From: Macrostomum lignano
Lineage: Eukaryota
NCBI GenBank assembly: GCA_002269645.1
Contig: NIVC01000973.1
Coordinates: forward strand, 1-64,000
Length of the DNA stretch: 64,000 nt
Direction of reading: 5' to 3'
The notes beneath the pieces are model-generated. The model ran no database searches and was not told the DNA's origin. It saw only the letters and a list, made by a program, of their open reading frames with translations. The position numbers were made by a program, and so were the translations under genes. This document shows positions 1-11,584 of this stretch, in pieces (position 1 is the first letter of the stretch; every line of letters starts with the position of its first letter).

Positions 1-595
1 AGACTTCACATTATTTAATGTCACACTTCCACCTAGACTTCACATTATTTAATGTCACACTTCCACCTAGACTTCACATTATTTAATGTCACAATTTCAT
101 CTAGACTTCACATTCCTAGACTTCCACCTAGACTTCACATTATTTAATGTCACAATTTCATCTAGACTTCACATTTTTAATGTCACAATTTCATCTAGAC
201 TTCACATTTTTTAATGTCACAATTTCATCTAGACTTCACATTATTTAATGTCACACTTCCACCTAGACTTCACATTATTTAATGTCACACTTCCACCTAG
301 ACTTCACATTATTTAATGTCACACTTCCACCTAGACTTCACATTATTTAATGTCACAATTTCATAGACTTCACATTTTTAATGTCACAATTTCATCTAGA
401 CTTCACATTTTAATGTCACAATTTCATCTAGACTTCACATTTTTAATGTCACACTTTCACCTAGACTTCACACTCCCCAATGTCACACTTCCACCTAGAC
501 TTCACACTCCCCAATGTCACACTTCCACCTAGACTTCACACTCCCCAATGTCACACTTCCACCTAGACTTCACAATCCCCAATGTCACATTTCTT
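1..595. repeat. Minisatellite, ~37 bp
   Basis: agacttcacattatttaatgtcacacttccacct unit. Confidence 0.9.
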
Positions 596-1189
596 AGAAT
601 TTAAATTCGACTTCGCAACTGACCAATTTTCAATTGACTGCATAAAAAAGAAGCAATACTACAACTTACTACAAGCTGGAACGCAATGAGCATCAATAAT
701 GTGAAGCGAAATCTATTGATCTACTATTTTTGCACAGTCACCATAACAAGCAAGCAATGCAGCAGCAGATTTAGAAATAGCAACTAGAAATCTATAGGTA
801 ACAGAGGACAGTCAATCTAGGTTGGCCACAGAGCCAGCACAATTAATATTCGAAAGTGTAAGACAAGTCGAGTGACAAAAAGAAACAAAACCAACAACAA
901 CCTTGTATTATCCATTCGGGTAAAAGTACATACAGCAAAATTGATCCACTAAAAACTGGAATTGCATCCGATCTGAGAATCAAAGTAATACAATTGAAAA
1001 GTACTCGCTACTATGCAGGGTTAAAGTCAGGAATCTTTTTTGACTTTCAAAAAAAACGGTGACAAGCTACGAGTATTATTGATTCATAGCTTAAAATCCG
1101 ATTACGTTATACCACAGTTACTTGATTAGCTGCTGGGCCACTATACCTATCGGTTTCTTTCATGATGGGCTCATAGTCAACCTTTTCTG

Positions 1190-1625
1190 ATTGGCAAACA
1201 CCAACCCCCACATTCAGTCCAGCTTCCTGATTCGCTGATAGCCAACCCCATATCTAGCCCAGAATTCTGATTGGCTGATAGCCAACCCCATATCTAGCCA
1301 AGCCTCCTGATTGGTTAATAGCCAACCCCATATCTAGCCAAGCCTCCCGATTGGCTGATAGTCAACTCCATATCTAGCCCAGAATTCTGATTGGCTGATA
1401 GCCAACCCCATATCTAGCCAAGCCTCCTGATTCGCTGATAGCAAACCCCATATCTAGCCAAGCCTTCCGATTCGCTAATAGCCAACCCATATCTAGCCAA
1501 GCCTCCCGATTGGCTGATAGGCAACTCCATATCTAGCCCAGAATTCTGATTGGCTGACACCCAACCTAACATCCAGTCTAGCCTTCTGATTGGCTGATAA
1601 CCAACCCCCTCCAACCCAGCCCCTT
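1190..1625. repeat. Minisatellite, ~39 bp
   Basis: gattggctgatagccaaccccatatctagccaagcctcc unit. Confidence 0.85.
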
Positions 1626-1655
1626 GATTAGAGGAAGCTAGCCCTATTGCCTCTC

Positions 1656-1853
1656 TTATTTCCAAAGGTCGGAAAAGTCGTCGTTGAAATTCTCGAGTCC
1701 GCGCAGAGCCCGCAGGCTGTCTAAATAGAATGCCATATCGGTGCTGGCGTGCAGATGCTGCGGCGATCTGTCATTGGTGACGCCGCATTCGCGTAGTTTA
1801 CGCCGGAAATCTTCTTTAAATGAGTTGTGCAGCCGCAGGAATATCTCCGTTAC
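1656..1853 (-). CDS. VPS54: VPS54 exon 6 (terminal)
   Basis: Manual translation VTEIFLRLHNSFKEDFRRKLRECGVTNDRSPQHLHASTDMAFYLDSLRALRGLENFNDDFSDLWK* matches the VPS54 C-terminus. Not in the ORF track. Confidence 0.88.
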   Translation of the reverse strand, partial: VTEIFLRLHNSFKEDFRRKLRECGVTNDRSPQHLHASTDMAFYLDSLRALRGLENFNDDFSDLWK

Positions 1854-2303
1854 CTGGATTGGTCAGTCAGCGGAGTGGGTGAGAGTTTGAAGTCTTAAAA
1901 TAATCAGGGCACATGCAGTCATGCCCACTCAATGCCTTACCCTCTGGATACGCACACACGCTCACACAGGGGTGTACAGCGGCCCTGACTGTATAATTAT
2001 CAGACATGTACACTCTCTGTGCCAAAGGGGTTGGCCCTCATGTGCACAGACATTTCTCTTATATGCTGTCATATGCTTTATGGCGACATTTTTCAGGCTA
2101 TTTGATAGATTTTAAGATTCAAATTTTTATTCGTCTACTTTTCTCAGTAGTCTAAATTTAATGTATCGCAAATAAGATGTGAACCTAAATGGTGAGAGAG
2201 AGAGCACTAGGGATGTAGGAGGCGAGCCAATCAAAGAGCAGGACAGAGCAGCAAGTGTGGACTATTGAGTCCGTATGAAAGTGCATACTCAATACATAGT
2301 CAC

Positions 2304-3059
2304 CTGCTGTCTGGGCAAGAGCTCGGCCATGTTCTCGTGCAGCTTGCAGTGCGCCTGCACCACAGACCGGATGTGAACAGACGGCGACGGCGGCCTGAAC
2401 TGCCAGACAGCCAGCTGCTGTTTGGCCTTGCTGTCCATCAGTTCAACCAGTTTGCGACTGATCTCGGCCGAATGGTCGCCGTAGTCCTTGGCCGTGTCCA
2501 GCAGCGCCCGCTGGCAGACGGCTGGCAGGCCCAGCCTACTGACAAAGTGATTTGTGACGTGCGGCAGGATGGCCAGGACCAGCTGCAGGCTGCGCTGAGC
2601 CAGGCACAAATTCTTAGTAGTGATGGTCTTCAGTCCGACCAGCTGGATGGCCCCGGCGCCGAGTACGAGCTGGCAGCAGCGCGAATTGAAGTGCTTCAAC
2701 AGCTCAACAAGGTGGCCGAACACTTCCCTGGCGGCACAATGCCGCAGGTCAGTGGCTAGCCGACAGTATTCAATAGAGAATCTCACTAGCATGAGGGTGG
2801 CGCTGGACACGCGGAAGTGCTCGCCGCACAGTTCAATGCTGCTGGCCGCCGATGGCGACTGCGCCGATGGCGACTGCGCCGATGCGTAGGTCGCTGACCC
2901 AGACGACGATGCCAGGGCGTCGAGGCGGCCCTCGCCGATGGCGCTCGCGAGCAGCTGGAATTCTGCTGGCACGTCTGCCGGCTTCCAGCGCTCGTTGTCT
3001 AGCAGCAGGCTGAGGCTGGTCTTGCGCTCCGCGTGGAACCTGCCGACGAGGCGGAGAGC
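2304..3059 (-). CDS. VPS54: VPS54 exon 5
   Basis: RFHAERKTSLSLLLDNERWKPADVPAEFQ and QLVLGAGAIQLVGLKTITTKNLCLAQRSLQL (Vps54 domain). 252 codons. Confidence 0.93.
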
Positions 3060-3089
3060 CTGCGGGGAGGCACAGAACTTTTCAATGCC

Positions 3090-3502
3090 CTGAACTCACT
3101 GATCCCCTGAACTCACAGATCCCCTGAACTCACTGATCCCCTGAACTCACTGATCCCCTGAACTCACAGATCCCCTGAACTCACTGATCCCCTGAACTCA
3201 CTGATCCCCTGAACTCACTGATCCCCTGAACTCACTGATCCCCTGAACTCACTGATCCCCTGAACTCACTGATCCCCTGAACTCACTGATCCCCTGAACT
3301 CACTGATCCCCTGAACTCACTGATCCCCTGAACTCACTGATCCCCTGAACTCACTGATCCCCTGAACTCACTGATCCCCTGAACTCACTGATCCCCTGAA
3401 CTCACTGATCCCCTGAACCCACTGATCCCCTGAACTCACTGATCCCCTGAACTCACTGATCCCCTGAACTCACTGATCCCCTGAACTCACTGATCCCCTG
3501 AA
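3090..3502. repeat. Minisatellite, 17 bp (VPS54 intron)
   Basis: tcactgatcccctgaac unit. Confidence 0.95.
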
Positions 3503-3629
3503 CTGCTCTATCGCCAACTCCTCGACTTCCTGAACTTTCCCGATCCTTGTGGACTTCAAGATTGACTTTCAAGATACCCGAGGCTCTTTGCCTCCCCAAT
3601 TGTTTAGTCATGGAACTTAAGCGACTAAC

Positions 3630-3944
3630 CTGATTGTGCAATGCGCTGCGCAGCAAAGCGCTGCCTGACTGTCCAGCCGTTTTCGTGGCTGCAGCCGCCG
3701 CAGCCGCGGCCGCCGTAGCTGGCTTGGCCTCTCCGCCGTTGGTAGTCGGTTCATCGACAACGCTGCCGTTCTCGATTTTGCCGCCGTTGCTAGCGTCGTT
3801 GTCAACAACAGAGCGCAGGCTGATGCCGTCAAGTTGGTCGGCGAAGGCGCCAACAAGCGCGGACAGGCGGACAAACTCGGCCGGGCTCAGGCGCTCAAGG
3901 AAGGCGTCTTTGGAACGGGCGGCCAGAAGTTTCACCGCTTTCTC
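3630..3944 (-). CDS. VPS54: VPS54 exon 4
   Basis: EKAVKLLAARSKDAFLERLSPAEFVRLS..SALLRSALHNQ matches DRAVKFLMSRAKDGFLEKL..SLLGALQSQ. Contains a low-complexity Ala-rich insert. 105 codons. Confidence 0.88.
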
Positions 3945-4048
3945 CTGGCAGATTGAGGCGTCGGGTGATTTAGGCATCAGGCTCACCCACAATAAACCGC
4001 AGCCAACCAGGAGTCAGAACTACTTACAGTAGTAAGTACTCGGTGTAG

Positions 4049-4669
4049 CAGGGGTCAGCAAACTCCGGTCTGCAAAGCCTCTCTATCCCACCCGGCCCTC
4101 GGGTCCATTACAACTTTATAACAGCAATCCGGCCCGCTAGAATAACTAGATGGGCCACTCAGCACATTTGCGTGTAAGCTACTTTCAGCTCAGTAGTAAG
4201 TTAAACTGAAGCATTTAAATGTATTTTTAAAACCAAGGCTCATTTATTGGCTCTTACCCCCCCCCTCGCTTAAACCAGCCTAAAGCTGCCATGTACATTT
4301 CAGTGGACTGGCTAATGTACATTATTGCTGAACCAATTAGCAAGCTGTTTACGCCTGCAAGCTTCGGCTTCTAAACTTATCAGTCATTTCAGCTGCCTTT
4401 ATTTTATAAATAGCTTATGTATTCTTCTTTGCTACTGAACTGAGAGCAGAAAGCTGTTTTACTAAGTATATGCCTGAGTGGCATCTAGTTATTCTAGTAT
4501 CTGTGCTTCTCAGTTCTCTCTTTTCTCTCTTCTTATAATCTCTCTCCTCTCTTTTCTTATCTCTTTCCTGTTCTGTCTCCTCTATTTTCTCTTACTCTCT
4601 CATCTGGCCCGCAGCAATGATCTAAATTCTTTATACGGCCTTTGAGGTAAAAAAGTCTGTCGACCCCAG
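4049..4669. mobile_element. hAT (Charlie-like) MITE containing a nested element
   Basis: Ends caggggtcagcaaact ... agtctgtcgaccccag with internal ggccc motifs, typical of hAT MITEs. TSD not clean. Confidence 0.55.
4137..4497. mobile_element. MITE with ~24-bp TIR
   Basis: ctagaataactagatg(g)gccactcag ... ctgagtggcatctagttattctag. A related copy lies at ~11585-12220. Confidence 0.6.
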
Positions 4670-4724
4670 GTGTGGACACCCCACACCAGAATGTTCGTTT
4701 CTTAAAAAAATCAGTTTGAGGCAT

Positions 4725-6110
4725 GGAGATCTATACAAGATCTAGACAAATATCCAGTTCGAGTGGAGAGCTCGACAAGATCTAGACAAATATCCAGTTC
4801 GAGTGGAGATCTGCACAAGATCTAGACAAATATCCAGTTCGAGTGCAGATCTGCACAAGATCTAGACAAATATCCAGTTCGAGTGGAGATCTGCACAAGA
4901 TCTAGACAAATATCCAGTTCGAGTGGAGATCTCGACAAGATCTAGACAAATATCCAGTTCGAGTGGAGATCTCGACAAGATCTAGACAAATATCCAGTTC
5001 GAGTGGAGAGCTCGACAAGATCTAGACAAATATCCAGTTCGAGTGGAGATTGCACAAGATCTAGACAAATATCCAGTTCGAGTGGAGAGCTCGACAAGAT
5101 CTAGACAAATATCCAGTTCGAGTGGAGAGCTCGACAAGATCTAGACAAATATCCAGTTCGAGTGGAGAGCTCGACAAGATCTAGACAAATATCCAGTTCG
5201 AGTGCAGATCTGCACAAGATCTAGACAAATATCCAGTTCGAGTGGAGATCTCGACAAGATCTAGACAAATATCCAGTTCGAGTGGAGAGCTCGACAAGAT
5301 CTAGACAAATATCCAGTTCGAGTGGAGATCTCGACAAGATCTAGACAAATATCCAGTTCGAGTGGAGAGCTCGACAAGATCTAGACAAATATCCAGTTCG
5401 AGTGGAGAGCTCGACAAGATCTAGACAAATATCCAGTTCGAGTGGAGAGCTCGACAAGATCTAGACAAATATCCAGTTCGAGTGCAGATCTGCACAAGAT
5501 CTAGACAAATATCCAGTTCGAGTGGAGATCTCGACAAGATCTAGACAAATATCCAGTTCGAGTGGAGAGCTCGACAAGATCTAGACAAATATCCAGTTCG
5601 AGTGGAGATCTCGACAAGATCTAGACAAATATCCAGTTCGAGTGGAGATCTCGACAAGATCTAGACAAATATCCAGTTCGAGTGGAGAGCTCGACAAGAT
5701 CTAGACAAATATCCAGTTCGAGTGGAGATCTCGACAAGATCTAGACAAATATCCAGTTCGAGTGGAGAGCTCGACAAGATCTAGACAAATATCCAGTTCG
5801 AGTGGAGAGCTCGACAAGATCTAGACAAATATCCAGTTGGAGTGGAGATCTGCACAAGATCTAGACAAATATCCAGTTCGAGTGGAGATCTCGACAAGAT
5901 CTAGACAAATATCCAGTTCGAGTGGAGAGCTCGACAAGATCTAGACAAATATCCAGTTCGAGTGGAGAGCTCGACAAGATCTAGACAAATATCCAGTTGG
6001 AGTGGAGATCTGCACAAGATCTAGACAAATATCCAGTTCGAGTGGAGAGCTCGACAAGATCTAGACAAATATCCAGTTCGAGTGGAGATCTGCACAAGAT
6101 CTAGACAAAT
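4725..6110. repeat. Minisatellite, 40 bp (VPS54 intron)
   Basis: caagatctagacaaatatccagttcgagtggagagctcga unit with a few variant types. Confidence 0.95.
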
Positions 6111-6213
6111 CTCGTGCATCGTTTGACCTCTACTTCAGATATTTTCTAAGAAACGAAGTTATCCCGCTCTCCTACTCAAGATTTTATTTCGCTGTACTTG
6201 CGCACTAACTAAC

Positions 6214-6912
6214 CTGTGCATTCTGCCTCACATCCACAAGCATCTGCTCAGCCTCGAGCATGGAGCACAGCGGTCCGAGTATAGTGCGCACAGCTGTCAC
6301 AGCCTGGGCAAAGTGAACCAGCGCAGAGTGCAAGCTGGTGCACACGGACTCTAGCATGCTTAGCCAGGGGTCAAAGTCCAGCTGCCGCATCTGATCCATC
6401 AGTGTGAGCTCCTCGCCTCCGCTGCTACTGGAGCCGCTGCCAGCCGGCTGCTGCTGCACAGCCGACTGCACACAGCCGCGCACCAGTAGGCGCAGGTGCT
6501 CAAAAGCCTCCCGCTTGAGCACAGCGGCGCAATCGTGCAGACTGCGCCCGTAGCGCAGCATGCCAAGCGCGCAGGGCCCGAGCGCCTCGGCGCCCTGGCC
6601 AGTTTTTAACTGTTTAGCCAGAGCGGAGACCAGCTCGGACTCGACCATTTGGCCAACAAATTTGCGCAGCTCAACCAGCTGCGAGTGCAAATGCCGGCAG
6701 CAGTGAAGGCCGCGCAATTGTTGGCCAAGCGCCTCCTGGGCGCTGTTCATGAGGTCCAGGGCGCCGCAGTAGTCAGTGGCCGCCAGCAGCTGCTGTATGG
6801 TAGGCTGAGTAGCCCGCACGCTAAGCAGCAGTTCAAGCCGTTCCAGAGCGGCAACGCAATTGCGCCGGCGACGCCAACAGCGCAGCACCAATAGTTGGCT
6901 TGATGAGCTGGC
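6214..6912 (-). CDS. VPS54: VPS54 exon 3
   Basis: ATQPTIQQLLAATDYCGALDL..LRGLHCCRHLHSQLVEL and LMDQMRQLDFDPW match VPS54. 233 codons, phase 0/0. Confidence 0.92.
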
Positions 6913-7012
6913 CTGTTTGTGCATTGAAAATAAATCTAATCAAGCTACTGCAAGTAGGCTAGTAAAGAAAACTGTGATTCTTTTTTGTTTTGAAGGAAAC
7001 AATTTCACGCAC

Positions 7013-7243
7013 CTGTCTTGCTCCAGCCAAGCGTTGGCGAAACTGCCGCACCGACTGCACAGCGCCGTCCAGTCGGGTTCGAATGTCGTCTTGGCTGGCG
7101 GCCGTCTGGAACAGGGCGTGCGACTTGCGCGACACCTGACCAGCTATGGCTTCTTCTACGACGTCCAACTGCTGGGTCAGGTGCTCTTGCAGCTGCCGCC
7201 AGCCACCGCTACTTCCTGATTGCAGTGCCTGCCAAGGCAGCAC
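7013..7243 (-). CDS. VPS54: VPS54 exon 2
   Basis: VLPW..LQEHLTQQLDVVEEAIAGQVSRKSHALF matches LQEKLSHYLDIVEVNIAHQISLRSEAFF. Flanked by AG and GT, 77 codons, phase 0/0. Confidence 0.92.
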
Positions 7244-7284
7244 CTGAGAATAACAGCATCAAGTACTGCTTTATCAATGCAGTA

Positions 7285-7735
7285 AATGGGATGGGGGTGT
7301 TTGTGGGGAAGGGAACAGGGATATGGGGATGGGAACAGGGATATGGGGATGGGAACAGGGATCATGGGGATGGGAACAGGGATCATGGGGATGGGAACAG
7401 GGATATGGGGATGGGAACAGGGATCATGGGGATGGGAACAGGGATCATGGGGATGGGAACAGGGATCATGGGGATGGGAACAGGGATCATGGGGATGGGA
7501 ACAGGGATCATGGGGATGGGAACAGGGATATGGGGATGGGAACAGGGATCATGGGGATGGGAACAGGGATATGGGGATGGGAACAGGGATCATGGGGATG
7601 GGAACAGGGATCATGGGGATGGGAACAGGAATCATGGGGATGGGAACAGGATCATGGGAAAAGGAACAGGGATCATGGGATTGGAACAAGGATCATGGGA
7701 TGGGAACAGGGATTATTGGAAAGGGAACAGGAATT
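7285..7735. repeat. Minisatellite, 20-21 bp (VPS54 intron)
   Basis: ggggatgggaacagggatcat unit. Confidence 0.95.
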
Positions 7736-7843
7736 GTAAGAGAGGATAGGGATCGTTAAAAGTGGATAGGCGAGAGAAACAGGAGCGCCACAGGACACGC
7801 AGAATCGCTAGTAAAGTAAGTCCAGCAGACCCGAGACCCAGAC

Positions 7844-8530
7844 CTGCGAGAAGACCTCCTTCTGCCGAATGTCGAACTCGGGCTGGAAGAACAGGCTCTC
7901 GACCTGCGCCAGCCTGGCTGTCATAGAGGGAGTCGACGGCGCAGCCGATGCGGCAGTCGGAGTCTCGTCCGGCCGAGTTCGGACTTTGGCTGGCCCGGCC
8001 ACCTTGGCCAGGTAGCGCTCGAAATCCCGGCGTCCAATGACTGGCAGCAGCGACGACGGCGGCGCCTCCGCCCGTTCAAACGCGTCGCCCCAGGTGCGGC
8101 TGAACACGTCCGAGGCCTGGCGATGGCGGCGCGGATCGTTCAGCACGGCTGGCAGGTTCACCACCGAGTGCAGCGGGGTCCACCGCTCGCCGGGCGTGAC
8201 GCCGTCGCGCACCTCGCGATAAGTGTGCACGCAGTCCGGCACACCGCCGCCGCTAGTGGTAGCGCCGCCTGTGGCGTGGTGCCGCAACACGTGCAGCTCG
8301 TAGTCCCGCTCGCTGACGCCCTCCATTGGCTGGTAGCGGCAGACGGAGTTCGGGCCGTAGCGACACAGGTAGGAGCCGCCCTCAATGGTCAGGTGGGCTG
8401 AGCGCAGGTGATGCGCGAACCGCTCGGCGCTTGGGAAGTTGGGCAGTGACTGGCAGAGACTGCAGCGGTGCTGGCGGGGCTGCTTGCCCGGCTGCTCTGT
8501 GAGGCCTGCGTTGGCCCCTGGGCCTGGCAT
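7844..8530 (-). CDS. VPS54: VPS54 (GARP subunit) exon 1, with N-terminal C2H2-like region
   Basis: RWTPLHSVVNLPAVLNDPRR..SDVFSRTWG matches the VPS54 N-terminus (RWTVYHSKVNLPAALNDPR..SDFFTKTWG). ATG at 8530, donor CAG|GTCTGG, phase 0. Confidence 0.92.
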
Positions 8531-9084
8531 TTCACCGCCGCTGAGATGCAGTCTGATGCATCGGAGACAGACAGTTAATTAATTTACTGGCGGGCAAGTC
8601 AAGGCGGTATACACGGTGCACAGGGGATTCCCTGACAGAGTTTCTAACAAAGCTTTATGCTTACAAAAATGAACAAACAACATAAGCTAAACAGGTAGTC
8701 AAAAAATTAAGTATCATTCGACATAAAAGCTTCAAGTTATTATGGACACAATTTAATTAGACACAGAATAACAGCGACTTCAAGACAAACTGCAGCCAGC
8801 TTTATAAATACGTAAAAACTAGTAAAATGCAATTAGAATGTCGGGCCAATTACATTTTGCAAACGGACCTACACCGGCTACTAACAGTAGTCCAACAAAG
8901 TCCATTTTAAAAAAAAAATCGTGACCGCATCAAGGGCATGATGCTTACAGATCGCGACTGGAACACAGAGAATTTCTACCGAACTGCCGACACAGATCTG
9001 TGGGCCCATCCTAGTTACTATGGTATCTGGGTGTGGTCGCAGCCTCAGATATTCCTAATCCTACAGCCAACTGCTTTGTCTCTC

Positions 9085-9718
9085 CTAATGCACAGCAGAC
9101 AATGCGCCGCCACTGATCAGGTCACCGCTGTGCAATCCGAATCCGCCGCCGCCTGGCTGAGCCTCGCCAACCTCGGCGGTCAGCAGCTGTTCGGCGACAA
9201 GTCGGGCCACCCGAAGCTGCTCGTCTGGCCGGGACAGCAGCGCCACAGGCGACTCGCGTGCGACCTCGTACGCCTGCATCACGCTGGTGTCGTATAGCGG
9301 CACGTGATTGACGGCTAATAAGCGAACGCAGGCTCGAACCCGGGCCACTTCCGACCGGTCAGCCGGACTGGCCAGCGGCTCCCGGACGTCTGACTGTCCG
9401 GGCGTTGGGCCGCACCAACAGTAGCCGTTCATGCCCAACACCAGGGTGACTCCGCAGGGCAGGGAGTGGAAATGCGTCTTGCTCCGCTTGATGAGCGCCG
9501 GCGGCACCCGGACCAGCGTGCCCTGGCCGAGGCGGCCGTAGCGCGCATTCCGCGTGTGCAGCACCAGCGAGCCGTCGGCCTGCACGGATTGAACCTCGGC
9601 GCTGACTAGATCGCCTTCGGCCAGTACGGCGCGCATCGCTCGCTCGTCCTCCTCCGATTTGCGGCGCAAATCTTCGCCGGGTAGAAGGACGCCGCTCAGG
9701 TGCAGAGTCGCCTGCAGC
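9085..9718 (-). CDS. EXOSC2: Exosome subunit RRP4, terminal exon
   Basis: LPGEDLRRKSEEDERAMRAVLAEGDLVSAEVQSV..LHTRNARYGRLGQG..KRSKTHFHSLPCGVTLVLGMNG (S1 and KH domains). The phase-2 join with the upstream exon is in frame. Confidence 0.93.
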
Positions 9719-9771
9719 CTGGACAGGATGGACTACAGGGCATTAGGAACTCGGGTCTGGTTAGTCACCTA

Positions 9772-11110
9772 GCTACTGCTGGGATTTGTCACTCACTCAC
9801 TCCAGCTACTGCTGGGATTTGTCACTCACTCACTCCAGCTACTGCTGGGATTTGTCACTCACTCACTGTAGCTACTGCTGGGATCTGTCACTCACTCACT
9901 GCAGCTACTGCTGGGACCTGTCACTCACTCACTCCAGCTACTTCTGGATCTGTCACTCACTCACTCCAGCTACTGCTGGGATTTGTCACTCACTCACTGC
10001 AGCTACTGCTGGGACCTGTCACTCACTCACTGCAGCTACTGCTGGGATCTGTCACTCACTCACTGCAGCTACTGCTGGGATCTGTCACTCACTCACTCCA
10101 GCTTCTGCTGGGATCTGTCACTCACTCACTGCAGCTACTGCTGGTATCTGTCACTCACTCACTGCAGCTACTGCTGGGATCTGTCACTCACTGCAGCTAC
10201 TGCTAGGATCTGTCACTCACTCACTCCAGCTACTTCTGGATCTGTCACTCACTCACTCCAGCTACTGCTGGGATCTATCACTCACTCACTCCAGCTACTG
10301 CTGGGATCTGTCACTCATTCACTCCAGCTACTGCTGGGATCTGTCACTCACTCACTGCAGCTACTGCTGGGATCTGTCACTCACTCACTGCAGCTACTGC
10401 TGGGATCTGTCACTCACTCACTCTAGTTACTGCTGGGATCTGTCACTCACTCACTCACTACAGCTACTGCTGGGATATGTCACTCACGCTAGCTAGTGCT
10501 GGGATCCGTCACCCACTCACTCACTACAGCTACTGCTGGGATATGTCACTCACTCACTCTAGTTACTGCTGGGATCTGTCACTCACTCACTACAGCTACT
10601 GCTGGGATATGTCACTCACGCTAGCTAGTGCTGGGATCTGTCACTCACTCACTCACTACAGCTACTGCTGGGATATGTCACTCACGCTAGCTAGTGCTGG
10701 GATCCGTCACTCACTCACTCACTACAGCTACTGCTGGGATATGTCACTCACTCACTCCAGTTACTGCTGGGATCTGTCACTCACTCACTACAGCTACTGC
10801 TGGGATATGTCACTCACGCTAGCTAGTGCTGGGATCTGTCACTCACTCACTCACTACAGCTACTGCTGGGATATGTCACTCACGCTAGCTAGTGCTGGGA
10901 TCCGTCACTCACTCACTCACTACAGCTACTGCTGGGATATGTCACTCACTCACTACAGCTACTGCTGGGATATGTCACTCACGCTAGCTAGTGCTGGGAT
11001 CCGTCACTCACTCACTCACTACAGCTACTGCTGGGATATGTCACTCACTCACTCCAGTTACTGCTGGGATCTGTCACTCACTCACTCCAGTTACTGCTGG
11101 GATCTGTCAC
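9772..11110. repeat. Minisatellite, ~33 bp (EXOSC2 intron)
   Basis: ctactgctgggatctgtcactcactcactgcag unit and variants. Confidence 0.95.
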
Positions 11111-11192
11111 TTGCTGCATCCTCTAGCTAGTGCACCCAGAAAACTATGATCTATTAGATCGCAAGTCAGGCGCAACCCAGCTGTATTCGAAC

Positions 11193-11510
11193 CTGGCATT
11201 GGCATCGATTCGCCACCTTCGAGAAGCCACCTCCTGAACTCGGCCGACAACAACGTCGCCAATTTCGCCGGCGTAGCGCGACCGGCCAGGCAGGACGCAG
11301 AGCAGCTTGTTCACAACGTGCTGACGCCCGGCAACTGAGGCGGCCAGCTCCCAAGCTCCCTCCTCGTCCTCATCCTCATCATCTTCATCATTGTCCTCGG
11401 CGTTGTCGTCATTTTGTTTCTGTCGACGACCGGCAGCAAAGGAGGCGTTGCCGCTGCCGGCTTCAACTGTACGGCGCAGGGTGCCGTGGCCAGGTATGAA
11501 CTCGCGCGAT
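11193..11510 (-). CDS. EXOSC2: Exosome subunit RRP4, internal exon (upstream exon not located)
   Basis: EFIPGHGT..LAASVAG..VNKLLCV..RYAGEIGDVVVGRVQEVASRRWRIDANAR matches the RRP4 N-domain and S1 start. Acceptor tgtgcag|, donor AG|GTTCGA. Confidence 0.9.
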
Positions 11511-11584
11511 CTGCACAGATAAGGACAGTTGATTTGAGTGCAAGAGATGACAGGCCTGTCTCGTATTGATAAACAGTCAACAGC

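Noticed and set aside
2265-2759. Plus-strand ORFs overlapping GC-rich exons (also 3634-4032, 6649-6894, 46881-47255, 51451-51936)
   Set aside because: Antisense shadows of real minus-strand coding exons.
7018-7759. ORFs with GDGNRDH / MGMGTGI repeats
   Set aside because: Translations of a 21-bp intronic minisatellite, antisense to VPS54. The same applies to the repeat ORFs at 9700-11130, 20861-21916, 32554-33058, 33302-33937, 34729-35687, 50645-51302, 58211-58925 and 61443-61847.
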